From Alphaproteobacteria bacterium (GTDB lineage Bacteria > Pseudomonadota > Alphaproteobacteria > UBA828): a stretch of 64,000 bases of DNA. The position numbers and the translations under genes were made by a program. Under the pieces are notes generated by a model that searched no databases, had not been told where the DNA came from, and worked only from the letters and a program-made list of their open reading frames with translations. The stretch is from positions 288,959 to 352,958 of the forward strand of contig CBDCQT010000007.1 of the NCBI GenBank assembly GCA_965220745.1, in the 5' to 3' direction. Positions 1 to 9,536 of the stretch are shown here, piece after piece (positions within the stretch are counted from its first letter, which is position 1; each line of letters opens with the position of its first letter).

Positions 1-1
1 G

Positions 2-1264
2 CTGCCCTACTTCAAGCGGGCCGAGGGGCACGGCTCCCGCCGCGACGCCTATCACGGCACCGACGGCCCGCTCTGCGTCAACCGCGCCGCCTCGAAGAAC
101 CCGCTCTACGGCGTCTTCCTCGAGGCCTGCGACGCGCTGGGCCTGCCGCGCAACGACGACTTCAACGGCGCGGTGCAGGAAGGCATGGGCCGGCAGGATT
201 TTTGCGTCGACGGCGGGCGTCGCGTGAACACCGGCCATGCCTTCATCCTGCCGGTGCGCGAGCGGCCAAACCTGCGCATCGTGCTCCGCGCCCATGTCGA
301 GCGGCTGCTCTTCGAGGGCCGGCGCTGCGTGGGCGTGGCCTACCGCCGGGGCGGGCAACGGCACGAGATTCGTGCGCGGCGGGAGGTGATCCTCTGTGCC
401 GGCACGATCAACTCGCCCCAGCTGCTGCAGCTCTCGGGTGTGGGCGCGCCGGATCACCTCGGCCCCCTCGGCATCGATGTTGTGGTTGAGAGCCCCGATG
501 TCGGGCGCAACCTGCAGGACCACGCCGGCGTCTACGTGCAATACGCCTGCACGCAGCCGGTCGCGCTCTACGGCCTGCTGCGGCCGGACCGGGCGGCGAT
601 GGCCTGCCTCTGCGCCTACCTCTTCGGCACCGGCCCCGGCACCTCCATCGCGCTGGAAGGCGGCGGCTTCGCGCGCAGCCGCGACGGGCTCGACGCGCCG
701 GATCTCCAGGTCACCTTCATCCCCGGCCTCACCCTGGACGTGACCCGCAAGAAGCAGGGCCGGCACGGCTTCCTCACCCACTGCTACCAGCTCCGGCCCG
801 AGAGCCGCGGAGAGGTTCGCATCGCCGCAGCCGATGCATCCCGGCCGCCGGCGATCCACGCCAACACGCTCAGCGCCGAGACCGATCGCCGGGTGATGCG
901 CGACGCGGTTCGCTTCGCGCGGCGGATCATGGCCCAGGCGCCGTTCGACCCCTACCGCGGCCACGAGATCGCACCCGGCGAGCGCGCGCAGGCAGACGAC
1001 GAGATCGATGCCTGGATCAGGGCCAATCTCACCACTGTCTGGCACCCCGTCGGCACCTGCCGCATGGGCCAGGACGAGCGCGCCGTGCTGGACGCGGAGC
1101 TGCGCCTGCGCGGCGCGGAGGGGCTGCGGGTGGTCGATGCCTCGGTCATGCCGGTCATCACCAGCAGCAACACCGCCGCTCCCACCATCATGATCGCGGA
1201 GAAGGCGGCCGACATGATCCTGGGCAAACCGCCGCTCCCCGCCGAAGCCCCGGCAGGCGCCTGA
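2..1264 (+). CDS. GMC oxidoreductase (choline dehydrogenase-like), 5' part outside the window
   Basis: Frame open from base 2 (LPYFKRAE); GMC motifs GTINSPQLLQLSGVG, VGRNLQDH, HPVGTCRMG, GLRVVDASVMP, NTAAPTIMIAEKAAD. Confidence 0.92.
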   Translation: MPYFKRAEGHGSRRDAYHGTDGPLCVNRAASKNPLYGVFLEACDALGLPRNDDFNGAVQEGMGRQDFCVDGGRRVNTGHAFILPVRERPNLRIVLRAHVERLLFEGRRCVGVAYRRGGQRHEIRARREVILCAGTINSPQLLQLSGVGAPDHLGPLGIDVVVESPDVGRNLQDHAGVYVQYACTQPVALYGLLRPDRAAMACLCAYLFGTGPGTSIALEGGGFARSRDGLDAPDLQVTFIPGLTLDVTRKKQGRHGFLTHCYQLRPESRGEVRIAAADASRPPAIHANTLSAETDRRVMRDAVRFARRIMAQAPFDPYRGHEIAPGERAQADDEIDAWIRANLTTVWHPVGTCRMGQDERAVLDAELRLRGAEGLRVVDASVMPVITSSNTAAPTIMIAEKAADMILGKPPLPAEAPAGA

Positions 1265-1319
1265 ACGCCACGCCGCACGTGGCCTTAGCCAGCGGTGCGG
1301 ACGCACCGTTCTCCTCTCT

Positions 1320-1350
1320 TCATGCCCGGACTTGCCCCGACCATTCACGT
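1320..1350 (+). repeat. Degenerate CGTC-type REP-like element
   Basis: tcatgcccggacttgccccgaccattcacg resembles the cgtcatgcccggacttgttccgggcatcca copy at 29201. Confidence 0.45.
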
Positions 1351-1406
1351 CGCCCGCGCCGCGCGGCAACCCAACGAGGAGTCTGCCATGATGGGGGCCG
1401 AGCCGG

Positions 1407-1496
1407 AGGCTCGGAGCGCGCAACTGCGCGCCGCGCCGAATGGCGCGTAGCCAAGCGAACGGAGTGAGCGCCCGGCGCCTGAGGGAAATGTAAGAG
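1407..1496 (+). repeat. Copy of a ~90-bp structured intergenic repeat ending GAGGGAAATG
   Basis: Closely matches 19548-19636 (cggagcgcg..gcgcgccgcgccgaatggcgcgtag.caagcgaacggagtgagcgccc...gagggaaatg). Confidence 0.85.
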
Positions 1497-1497
1497 C

Positions 1498-2565
1498 TTA
1501 GGACTGACGCCTGAGCGCGCCCTCGGCGGTGATGTCGCTCTTGAACGGCCAGTAGAGCTCGGCGTTCCGGGTGATCCCGCTGCGGCGGAAGATGATGATC
1601 AGCATCATCACCACGCCCACCACCACCCAGGTGCTGCTGGTGGGGAGCACGAAGCCGTCCTTGCCGAACATCCCGCTCTCCAGGTTCTTGAGCAGGTCGA
1701 TCACCACGGTCAGCACCACGACGCCGACGACGGCGCCGGAGAGGCTTTGCATGCCCCCGATCACCAGCATCGCTAGCGTGATCAGCGTCAGGTTCAGGAA
1801 GAAGGTGTCGACCGTGAGCATCCCCAGGAAGTGGCCGAAGAGGCCACCCGCCATGCCACAGAAGAACGCGCTGATCACGAAGGCGAGCAGGCGCTGGCCT
1901 ATGACGTTGACTCCGGCCGCCTTCGCCGCGACCTCATCGTCTCGCGACGCCCTTAGCGCGAGGCCGAATTTGGAGCGTGAATAGAAGAAGGCCGCGAAGA
2001 TCGTGACCACCGCATAGCAGTAGGCGACCCAGGGCGTGGTCGTCTGTGGCAGTCCGATCACCGAGCTCGCGCCCGAGGTCCAGGTGCTCCAGCGCAGATA
2101 AACCGAATAGATGATCATCAGGAAGGCGAAGGTGCCGATGGATGCGGCAATTCCCGATAATCGCATCAGCGCAATGCCCGCGATCAGGGCCACGAAGGCG
2201 CTCAAGAGCCCCGCCAGGAAGATCGCAAGCACGAAATGATGGCTGTTGTCCAACAGATAACCCGGCAGCCCCGGCATGAACATCTCGCGGGTGTAGGGAC
2301 AGCAGGTCTGCCAGCCGGTGGCGTAGGCGCCGATCATCATGAAGCCGATGTGGCCGAACGACATGATCCCGGAGTTGCCAATGAACATGTAGAGCGCCAC
2401 CACGATCACGATGCGGATCAGGCCCTCGGTCAGCGTCCGGGCCAGGATCCTGTCGTCGAGCGCGACCACGATCGCCGTGATGACGAGCAGCCCGATGCAC
2501 AGGTTGACCACCGGCCAGAAGTGCCGGATGCGCTGCATGAGCGGGGTGGTGGCGTCGATCATCAC
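1498..2565 (-). CDS. livM: Branched-chain amino acid ABC transporter permease (LivM-like)
   Basis: Multi-TM protein; GIMSFGHIGF, SKFGLALRASRDDEVAAKAAGVN, LVIGGMQSLSGAVVG. Confidence 0.88.
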   Translation of the reverse strand: MMIDATTPLMQRIRHFWPVVNLCIGLLVITAIVVALDDRILARTLTEGLIRIVIVVALYMFIGNSGIMSFGHIGFMMIGAYATGWQTCCPYTREMFMPGLPGYLLDNSHHFVLAIFLAGLLSAFVALIAGIALMRLSGIAASIGTFAFLMIIYSVYLRWSTWTSGASSVIGLPQTTTPWVAYCYAVVTIFAAFFYSRSKFGLALRASRDDEVAAKAAGVNVIGQRLLAFVISAFFCGMAGGLFGHFLGMLTVDTFFLNLTLITLAMLVIGGMQSLSGAVVGVVVLTVVIDLLKNLESGMFGKDGFVLPTSSTWVVVGVVMMLIIIFRRSGITRNAELYWPFKSDITAEGALRRQS

Positions 2566-3479
2566 ACCCGCTCTTTGAACGCCCTGGTTGGCACCAGCCC
2601 CTGGGGCCGGGCCAGCAGAATCACCACCACCAGGCCGAACACGAAGGCGTCGCGGAAGCCCCGCATGCCCTCGGGCAGGATCGCGATCAGCACGGTCGAG
2701 AAGATCCCCACAACGTAGCCGCCGACCACGGCGCCGATCAGGCTGCCCATGCCGCCGATCACCGTGGCGATAAAGGCGTAGAGCATCAGGAAGACGCCGC
2801 CGCGGAAGCTCAGGATGCCGGTCTGCGTGTGGTACATCAGCGCCATGATGCCAGCGAGCGCGCCCGAGATGACGAAGGCGAGCGCGATCACCCGGGTCGC
2901 GTTGACCCCGAGCATCCGCGCCATCCTGAAGTCCTCGGCCGCGGCCCGCATCTCCACGCCGATCGGCGTGCGCCTCAGGAAGATCGTGAGCAGGATAAGC
3001 AGGATCCAGGTCACCGCCACGATCACGAGCTGCAGGATCGGCACCTGCACCTTGTCCGAGAGCGGGATCACGCCGGTGAGCTCAGGCCACAAGCCAACCG
3101 CCTTCGGCCGCCCGCTGTAAATCATGATGATGAGGTTCTGGATCGAAAAGCTGAGCGCCACTGAGGCGATCATCAGCACCGCAGGCGGCGCCGTCTGAAT
3201 GTGCCGGAAGAGCAGGAAGTAGGAGGCGAGCGCCCAAACGACCACCACGCCCACCACGCAGATGATCAGCGCCACCGGGTGGAAGTCGAGGATCAGCGGG
3301 ACCGCGACGACCGCCGTCGCCGGCACGATCAGCGAGAACCCGCCCACCGTAATGAAGTCGCCGTGGGCGAAGTTGATCAGCCTGAGCACGCCGAAGAGCA
3401 GCCCGATACCCAAAGCGCCAAGGGCGTAGAAGCTCCCCAGGCTCAGGCTGGAGATGATGACCTGGACGACGACTTCCAT
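2562..3479 (-). CDS. livH: Branched-chain amino acid ABC transporter permease (LivH-like)
   Basis: GLLFGVLRLINFAHGDF, GVEMRAAAEDFRMARMLGVN, VIGGMGSLIGAVVGG. Confidence 0.9.
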   Translation of the reverse strand: MEVVVQVIISSLSLGSFYALGALGIGLLFGVLRLINFAHGDFITVGGFSLIVPATAVVAVPLILDFHPVALIICVVGVVVVWALASYFLLFRHIQTAPPAVLMIASVALSFSIQNLIIMIYSGRPKAVGLWPELTGVIPLSDKVQVPILQLVIVAVTWILLILLTIFLRRTPIGVEMRAAAEDFRMARMLGVNATRVIALAFVISGALAGIMALMYHTQTGILSFRGGVFLMLYAFIATVIGGMGSLIGAVVGGYVVGIFSTVLIAILPEGMRGFRDAFVFGLVVVILLARPQGLVPTRAFKERV

Positions 3480-4234
3480 CAGAAGGTCGCCTCGCCGGCG
3501 TGCTCCACACCTTCGGTGAAGCCGAAGTAGGCCTGGCGCACCTTCTCGCCGTCCTGCAGGTCCGCGGCGTCGCCTTCCAGCTGAATCTCGCCGCTGCGCA
3601 GCACGTAGATACGGTCCGCCGCCTTGATCGCGCGCTCCGAGCTCTGCTCGACGATCAGCAGCGTGAGTCCCCGGGATTCCCTCAGTTCAAGCAACACCTC
3701 GTAGACCCGGTCCACCAGGTTGGGCGCGAGCCCGAGCGAGGGCTCGTCGATGGTCATGATTCTGGGGTTGGTCAGAAGCGCCCGGCCGATCACCAGCATC
3801 TGCTGCTCGCCGCCGGAGAGCTTGCCCGCAGCCCCCCTGCGCCGCTCCGCCAGAACCGGGAAGAGCTCCAGCACCCGCTTGAAATCTGTCTCGATCTCGG
3901 CCCGGTCGCGGCGCATCCGGGTGCCGAGCCGCAGGTTCTCCTCGACGCTCAGCGTGGTGAAGACGTGCCGGCCTTCCGGCACCTGGGAGATGCCGTGCCG
4001 CGCCACCGCCTCCGGTGTGAGGCCGACGATGGACTGACCGTCGAAGTTGATCGTGCCCTGGGATGGCCGCAGGACGCCCGAGATGGTGAGCAGCGTCGTC
4101 GACTTGCCGGCGCCGTTGGGGCCGACGACACAGACGATCTCGCCCTCGCTGACGCCGATGGAGACGCCGCGCACGGCCGGAACCCGGCCATAGTGCACGT
4201 AGATGTCTTCGACTGAGAGCAGCATCCGCGTCAC
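3479..4234 (-). CDS. livF: Branched-chain amino acid ABC ATP-binding protein (LivF-like)
   Basis: Walker A GPNGAGKS, QVPEGRHVF, LSGGEQQML, DEPSLGLAP. Confidence 0.92.
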   Translation of the reverse strand: MTRMLLSVEDIYVHYGRVPAVRGVSIGVSEGEIVCVVGPNGAGKSTTLLTISGVLRPSQGTINFDGQSIVGLTPEAVARHGISQVPEGRHVFTTLSVEENLRLGTRMRRDRAEIETDFKRVLELFPVLAERRRGAAGKLSGGEQQMLVIGRALLTNPRIMTIDEPSLGLAPNLVDRVYEVLLELRESRGLTLLIVEQSSERAIKAADRIYVLRSGEIQLEGDAADLQDGEKVRQAYFGFTEGVEHAGEATF

Positions 4235-4986
4235 TCGTGGCCGAGGTAGGCGGCGATGACCGCTTCGTTGCTCTGTACCTCGGCAGGCGTGCCCCGCGCG
4301 ATGGTGCGGCCGCTGTCAAGCACGTGGATTCGCTCGCAGACGCCCATGATGACCCGCATGTTGTGCTCGATCAGCAGCACGCCGCAGCCGAAGCGCTCCG
4401 GTATTTCGCGCACAAGGTGCATCACGTCGTCGCATTCGAGGTCGGACATCCCGGCCGCGGGTTCGTCCAGCAGGACAAAAGTGGGGTTCATCGCCAGCGC
4501 GCGGGCGATGCCGACCCGGCGCTCGTCGGTATAGGGCAGCACGCCCGCCGGGTCTTGAGCCTGATCGGCGAGGCCGATCCACTCAAGAATCTCCATTGCC
4601 TGCGTATGCGCCTTGCGGCGGGAGAGGCCGAGGCTCACGCCGGCGACTTCGACGTTCTCGCTTACCGGCATGTCGCGGAAGAGGCGCCCAGCTTGGAAGG
4701 TGCGGGCCACGCCGTGTCGCCTGATCCAATGGGGCGTAAGCCTGGAGATCACCTTGCCGCCGAGCAGCACCTCGCCAGCGGCCGGCACCTGGAAGCCGGT
4801 CATGGCGTTGACGAGCGTCGTCTTGCCGGCGCCGTTGGGGCCGATGAGGCCTAGGATCTCGCCCTGGTGCAGGGTCTCGTCCACGCTGTCGACAGCGGTG
4901 AGGCCTTCGAAGCGGACCGTGACGCCGCGCGCTTCCAGCGTATGGCCGTTCTGCGCTTCCGCCTTGGATCCGGCGTCTTCTGACAC
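4231..4986 (-). CDS. livG: Branched-chain amino acid ABC ATP-binding protein (LivG-like); start approximate
   Basis: GLIGPNGAGKTT, GVARTFQ, LLDEPAAG, LLIEHNM, C-terminal GTPAEVQSNEAVIAAYLG. Confidence 0.9.
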   Translation of the reverse strand: MSEDAGSKAEAQNGHTLEARGVTVRFEGLTAVDSVDETLHQGEILGLIGPNGAGKTTLVNAMTGFQVPAAGEVLLGGKVISRLTPHWIRRHGVARTFQAGRLFRDMPVSENVEVAGVSLGLSRRKAHTQAMEILEWIGLADQAQDPAGVLPYTDERRVGIARALAMNPTFVLLDEPAAGMSDLECDDVMHLVREIPERFGCGVLLIEHNMRVIMGVCERIHVLDSGRTIARGTPAEVQSNEAVIAAYLGHE

Positions 4987-5306
4987 CAGCCACCCCCCGT
5001 TGCCCAAACCACTCCACGCGCCGCCGCGCGGACGATGCGGCCGCACGGGCGCCCGCACAGCCGCAGTTCCCTCGTTAGCTACCGAACGCCGGGTCGCGAA
5101 TCAACGGGGAATTCGCATGGCGTTCTCGATCGGGCCTATGAAATTCACTTGACCTTTTCGTCTGCGTTCGATCGGGCCTGTGACCGGCCCTGCAATCGGG
5201 CTTGCAAAAGCCGACGCCGCATTGACAATGCGTCGGTTTAGGGGGCTCGGCATTCCGCCGAGTGCTTGGCACTTGCCATGAGACATTGAGAGGGAGGTCA
5301 CTTCGG

Positions 5307-6524
5307 ATGAGAAAACTTGCATCAATCGCTGCGGCCGGCGCACTTGCGCTGGGCGCGGTATCGGCCGCGCCGGCGGTGGCGGACGACCACGAGGTCGTCT
5401 TCGGCTTCGCCGCGTCGTATTCGGGCTGGATGCAGGCCTATAGCGGGCCCTCGACCAACGCCGCGTTGATCGCGATCGACGACTGGAACGCCAAGGGCGG
5501 CCTCCTCGGCAAGCAGATCAGGCCGGTCTTCGCCGACGCTAAGACCGAGCGCGCAGAAGGCGCCAAGGCCGGGATCTCCGTCATCAACGATGGCGCCATC
5601 GCCATGGCGGTGGACTGCGACTACGACTTCGGCGCGCCCGCCGCGCTGCAGGCGCAGAACGCAGGCCTGATTTCGATCTTCCTGTGTGCGGAGAGCGTGC
5701 TCGCCGGCATCCAGGGAATCGGCAAGTACTCGTTCTCGAGCTCGATCCTCGCCGCGGTGCAGGGTGCCACGATCGCCGAGTGGGGTTACAAGGTGAAGGG
5801 CTGGCGCACAGCCTACCTCCTGCTCGACGACATTCTCGAGTACAACAAGGGCATCTGCTACGGCTTCGACTGGATGTGGCGCGAAGTGCTCGGCGGCGAG
5901 GTCGTCGGCCACGACGTCTACCAGAACGACGATCCCAGCATTCAGGCGCAAGTCGACCGCATCAGGGCGCTGCCCGAAGAGCCCGACATCATCGAGAACT
6001 GCAGCTACATTCCCGGCGGGGCGAGCGCGATCAAGCAGATCCGCGCGGCAGGTATCACTGCCCCCATCGGCGGCGGCAGTTCCATGACGGGCGTCTACTG
6101 GCAGGATTCAGTGCCTGGTCTCTCCGGCCACTTCGTGCCCGAGCAGGCCTCGATCTATGGCGACGATCCGCGCCCGGCGGTGCAGGAGTTCCTCAAGAAG
6201 TACGAAGCCAAGTTCGGCGAGCCCGTGAACAACCAGTACGCCTTCCCTGGCTACGTGGTCTTCGAGATGTGGGCCAAGGCCGTCGAGAAGGCCGGCACCT
6301 TCGATTCCGACGCCGTCGTTGAGGCGCTGGAGAGCTTCCGCGAGGAGCCGGTGCTGGTCGGCACGCGCACCTTCACGGACCAGCTCCACCATCAGAACTT
6401 CGCGCCGTACCTGATTGTGGAGACCACCAACAATCAGCCGGCGGTCATCGACTCCTGGACCATTTCGGAGCCGGTGCCCATGGATGTGCTGTTCGGCAAG
6501 CGTTACGAGTACATCGCCCGCTGA
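5307..6524 (+). CDS. Periplasmic binding protein type 1 (LivJ/LivK-like), divergent from livGFHM
   Basis: Signal peptide MRKLASIAAAGALALG..APAVA; WNAKGGLLGKQI; RBS gggagg upstream. Confidence 0.87.
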   Translation: MRKLASIAAAGALALGAVSAAPAVADDHEVVFGFAASYSGWMQAYSGPSTNAALIAIDDWNAKGGLLGKQIRPVFADAKTERAEGAKAGISVINDGAIAMAVDCDYDFGAPAALQAQNAGLISIFLCAESVLAGIQGIGKYSFSSSILAAVQGATIAEWGYKVKGWRTAYLLLDDILEYNKGICYGFDWMWREVLGGEVVGHDVYQNDDPSIQAQVDRIRALPEEPDIIENCSYIPGGASAIKQIRAAGITAPIGGGSSMTGVYWQDSVPGLSGHFVPEQASIYGDDPRPAVQEFLKKYEAKFGEPVNNQYAFPGYVVFEMWAKAVEKAGTFDSDAVVEALESFREEPVLVGTRTFTDQLHHQNFAPYLIVETTNNQPAVIDSWTISEPVPMDVLFGKRYEYIAR

Positions 6525-6620
6525 ACGAGCGTGGAACGATAGCGCCCGCTAGGCGGGTGTAACGACGGGAGGGGGCTGCGGCGCCAGCGTTTTAGCCTCG
6601 CTCCTCCGCGTTGAGACCAT

Positions 6621-6652
6621 CGCCCCGTCCGGGCAACCGGGCGGGGCGTTTC
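6621..6652 (+). terminator. Hairpin / probable intrinsic terminator after the binding-protein gene
   Basis: cgccccgtccgg-gcaa-ccgggcggggcg followed by ttt. Confidence 0.6.
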
Positions 6653-6719
6653 CTTGCCGTGCGCTTGGGCGAACGCGTGCTATCGTCGGCTCGGAAAGAC
6701 TCGGGTTCGGAGAGTATCG

Positions 6720-7835
6720 ATGGCGCCGGTCTACTACCACACGGGCCGATTCCCACCCGAGGGACGCCTGGATTGGCCTGCGCTGATTCCGTTCATCGGT
6801 CCCGCGGCGGCCGCGGTGGCGCGCTACGACGGAACGCTCGCTGCCATTCCGAATCCACGTATCTTGCTGGCTCCCTTGATGACTCGAGAGGCAGTGCTCT
6901 CCTCTCGCATTGAAGGTACCCAAGCGACGATGGGTGAAGTCCTCGGGTTCGAGGCCGGACAGGAGCCCGATTCGCCCGCACGTCGTGACGATATTTGGGA
7001 GGTGCTCAACTACCGTGCCGCGATGCGACGGGCGGAAGAGATGTTGGGGAAGCTGCCGCTGTCACAACGAGTGATCCGCGAAGCGCATTCCGTGCTGCTT
7101 TCCAGGGTACGCGGCGAGGGCAAGTTGCCGGGCGAGTACCGGAAGACTCCGAACTGGATCGGAGCACCTGGCTGCTCCCTTGAAGAGGCCAAGTTTGTTC
7201 CCATCGGAGCGGATAGGCTTCCAGACGCAATGAGCGCGTGGGAACGATACATCCATCAGGAGTCCCCCGACCGGCTGATCAAGCTCGCAATCCTGCACGC
7301 CGAATTCGAGGCTCTGCATCCGTTCCTCGACGGTAATGGGCGGCTCGGGCGGATGCTGGTGCCGTTGCTGCTTTGGCAAGACGGGCTTATCCGAGAGCCG
7401 ACGTTCTACATTAGCGCTTACTTCGAGGCTCACCGCGACGGCTATTACGATAGTCTGCTCGCCGTCTCTCGCGACGATGATTGGACCGGATGGTGCAGAT
7501 TTTTCTTGGAAGCCGTGCGATTGCAGGCCGAGGACAACCTGATCAAGGCGAAGGGCATCATTTCCCTTTACGAGGACTTGAAGCGTCGCGTGCCGGAACT
7601 GACCCGTTCTCGCTACGCGATCCACTCGTTGGACTGGATTTTCGGGCACCCGATATTCAGAACTTCCGACTTCGCGGCCGGGACCGGCATGTCCGGAAGA
7701 ACAGCGCGGCGAATTCTGGACGCTCTGTGCGAAGGCGACGTTCTTCAGGTCTTAGTCCCTAGTAGCGGCCGTCGAACGTCCGTTCTCGCGTTCCCCGACC
7801 TCCTGAGCCTCACGGATAGCGAGGCGGAGATTTGA
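6720..7835 (+). CDS. Fic family protein (N-terminal Fic/DOC extension, C-terminal HTH)
   Basis: Canonical HPFLDGNGRLGR; inhibitory-helix-like EAVLSSRIEGT. Confidence 0.92.
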   Translation: MAPVYYHTGRFPPEGRLDWPALIPFIGPAAAAVARYDGTLAAIPNPRILLAPLMTREAVLSSRIEGTQATMGEVLGFEAGQEPDSPARRDDIWEVLNYRAAMRRAEEMLGKLPLSQRVIREAHSVLLSRVRGEGKLPGEYRKTPNWIGAPGCSLEEAKFVPIGADRLPDAMSAWERYIHQESPDRLIKLAILHAEFEALHPFLDGNGRLGRMLVPLLLWQDGLIREPTFYISAYFEAHRDGYYDSLLAVSRDDDWTGWCRFFLEAVRLQAEDNLIKAKGIISLYEDLKRRVPELTRSRYAIHSLDWIFGHPIFRTSDFAAGTGMSGRTARRILDALCEGDVLQVLVPSSGRRTSVLAFPDLLSLTDSEAEI

Positions 7836-8077
7836 CGGTCATCCATGACCAACAACACTCATTGTTGGTCACTTTTTAGAAAAGGTGTCCAACAACCGAA
7901 TTTTCCGGCCACAGGTGACCGACAAATTGGGGTCTTTCGGCGGCTCCTTTCATTCCAACGGAATGGCGCTACCTCATCACAAGGACGGAGCGCCATCAAA
8001 CGCGAGCACGACATCCGGTTGTCACCCCCGCGCCGCTTTGCGATGATCGGGACGAGCCCGGCGGCTCAAGGATTGGT

Positions 8078-8662
8078 GTGATGAACAGTGGCGGCGAGCA
8101 AGGCGCGGGCCCCTATCTGGAGGGGCAGTTGCTGGTCGCCATGCCGACGATGGCGGACCCGCGTTTCGCGCACACCGTCATCTACATGTGCGCCCATTCG
8201 GAAGACGGCGCGATGGGCCTCGTCGTCAACAAGCTCCTCGAATCGCTCAGCTTCTCGGACCTGCTCGAACAGCTTGAAATCGAGCCCGCGCACGAGAGCA
8301 AGCCCATCCCGGTGCATTTCGGCGGCCCGGTCGAGGCCGCGCGCGGCTTCGTCCTCCACTCCACCGACTACACTCACGAAGCCACCATGCAAGTGGATGA
8401 CGGCTTCTCGCTTACCGCCACCATCGATGTTCTGAAGGCCATGGCAGAGGGCCGCGGCCCGCGCCTCAGCATGCTGGCTTTGGGCTATGCGGGCTGGGCG
8501 CCGGGCCAGCTCGACCGCGAGATGCAGGAGAACGGCTGGCTCACCGTGCCGGCGGACGAAGAGCTGGTCTTCGACGAGGCCCAAGACGCCAAGTGGGAGC
8601 GTGCCGTCGGCCGCCTCGGGTTCGACCCCGGCAACCTCTCAGGCTTCGCTGGCAGGGCCTAA
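8078..8662 (+). CDS. yqgE: YqgE/AlgH family protein
   Basis: GQLLVAMP..DPRFAHTVIYMCAH..GAMGLVVN, FGGPVE, LGYAGWAPGQL. Confidence 0.92.
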   Translation: MMNSGGEQGAGPYLEGQLLVAMPTMADPRFAHTVIYMCAHSEDGAMGLVVNKLLESLSFSDLLEQLEIEPAHESKPIPVHFGGPVEAARGFVLHSTDYTHEATMQVDDGFSLTATIDVLKAMAEGRGPRLSMLALGYAGWAPGQLDREMQENGWLTVPADEELVFDEAQDAKWERAVGRLGFDPGNLSGFAGRA

Positions 8663-8681
8663 TCCCGACTACTCGCCACGC

Positions 8682-9266
8682 TCACGGCTTGCGCGGCGCA
8701 ATCGTCGCGTAAAGCAGGTGATCCTGCCACTGGCCTGCGATCTTGAGGTAGGCGCGCGCGTACCCCTCGCAGCGGAACCCGGTCTTCTCCAGCAGCTTTC
8801 GGCTGGCGGTGTTCTTCGGCATGCACGCGGCCTCGACCCGGTGCAGGCCCAGCGGCCCGAAGCAATGGCCGAGCAGGCCGGTGAGCGCCTCGCTCATGTG
8901 GCCATGCCGCGCATGGGGCCGTCCGATCCAGTAGCCGACGCTGCAGGACTGCGCCGCGCCACGCTGCACGTTGCTGAGAGTCATCCCGCCGAGCAGCGCG
9001 TCGTCCCTGCGGCGGAACAGAAAGAAGGCGTAGCCCAGATCGTCCTGGCCGTCGCGCAATTGGCGGCGGATGCGGCGGCGAAAGGTGCTGCGGGTCAGCG
9101 CGTCGCTCGGCCAGGTCGGCTCCCACGGGCTCAGGAACTCGCGCGAGAGCGCCCGGAGCTCGGCCCAGGCCCGCCAATCCCGCATCTGCGGCGGCCGGAG
9201 GTAGAGCGAGCGCGTCTCCACCGTCGCCTCGCGCGTGGAATCGTTGGCGGGGCGGAGGAACGCCAT
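8682..9266 (-). CDS. rimJ: RimJ-like GNAT N-acetyltransferase
   Basis: SREFLSPWEP, VGYWIG, LHRVEAACMPKNTASRKLLEKTGF, YLKIAGQWQDH. Confidence 0.85.
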   Translation of the reverse strand: MAFLRPANDSTREATVETRSLYLRPPQMRDWRAWAELRALSREFLSPWEPTWPSDALTRSTFRRRIRRQLRDGQDDLGYAFFLFRRRDDALLGGMTLSNVQRGAAQSCSVGYWIGRPHARHGHMSEALTGLLGHCFGPLGLHRVEAACMPKNTASRKLLEKTGFRCEGYARAYLKIAGQWQDHLLYATIAPRKP

Positions 9267-9511
9267 CAGCCGGGCACCCTGATCCTGAACGCGTAGGTGC
9301 CGGCATCCTCTTGCCAGCCCTTGAGCTCGAACGGCGTGGTCTCGCAGAAGTGCTTGAAGTCGATCACCGCGGCCGGGTCAGTCGCGAGCACCTCCAGCGT
9401 CGCGCCGGGGGCGAGGCGCTTCAATGCCTTTCGCGCCTTGAGCACCGGCAGCGGGCACATCAAGCCGCGCACGTCGAGGGTCTCGTCCGCACCGGGCCGA
9501 ACATCGGGCAC
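9266..9511 (-). CDS. TusA/SirA family sulfurtransferase; start approximate
   Basis: LDVRGLMCPLPVLKARKAL, LEVLATDPAA. Confidence 0.88.
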   Translation of the reverse strand: MPDVRPGADETLDVRGLMCPLPVLKARKALKRLAPGATLEVLATDPAAVIDFKHFCETTPFELKGWQEDAGTYAFRIRVPG

Positions 9512-9536
9512 GGCATCCGGCGGCCGTCCGATCGGC

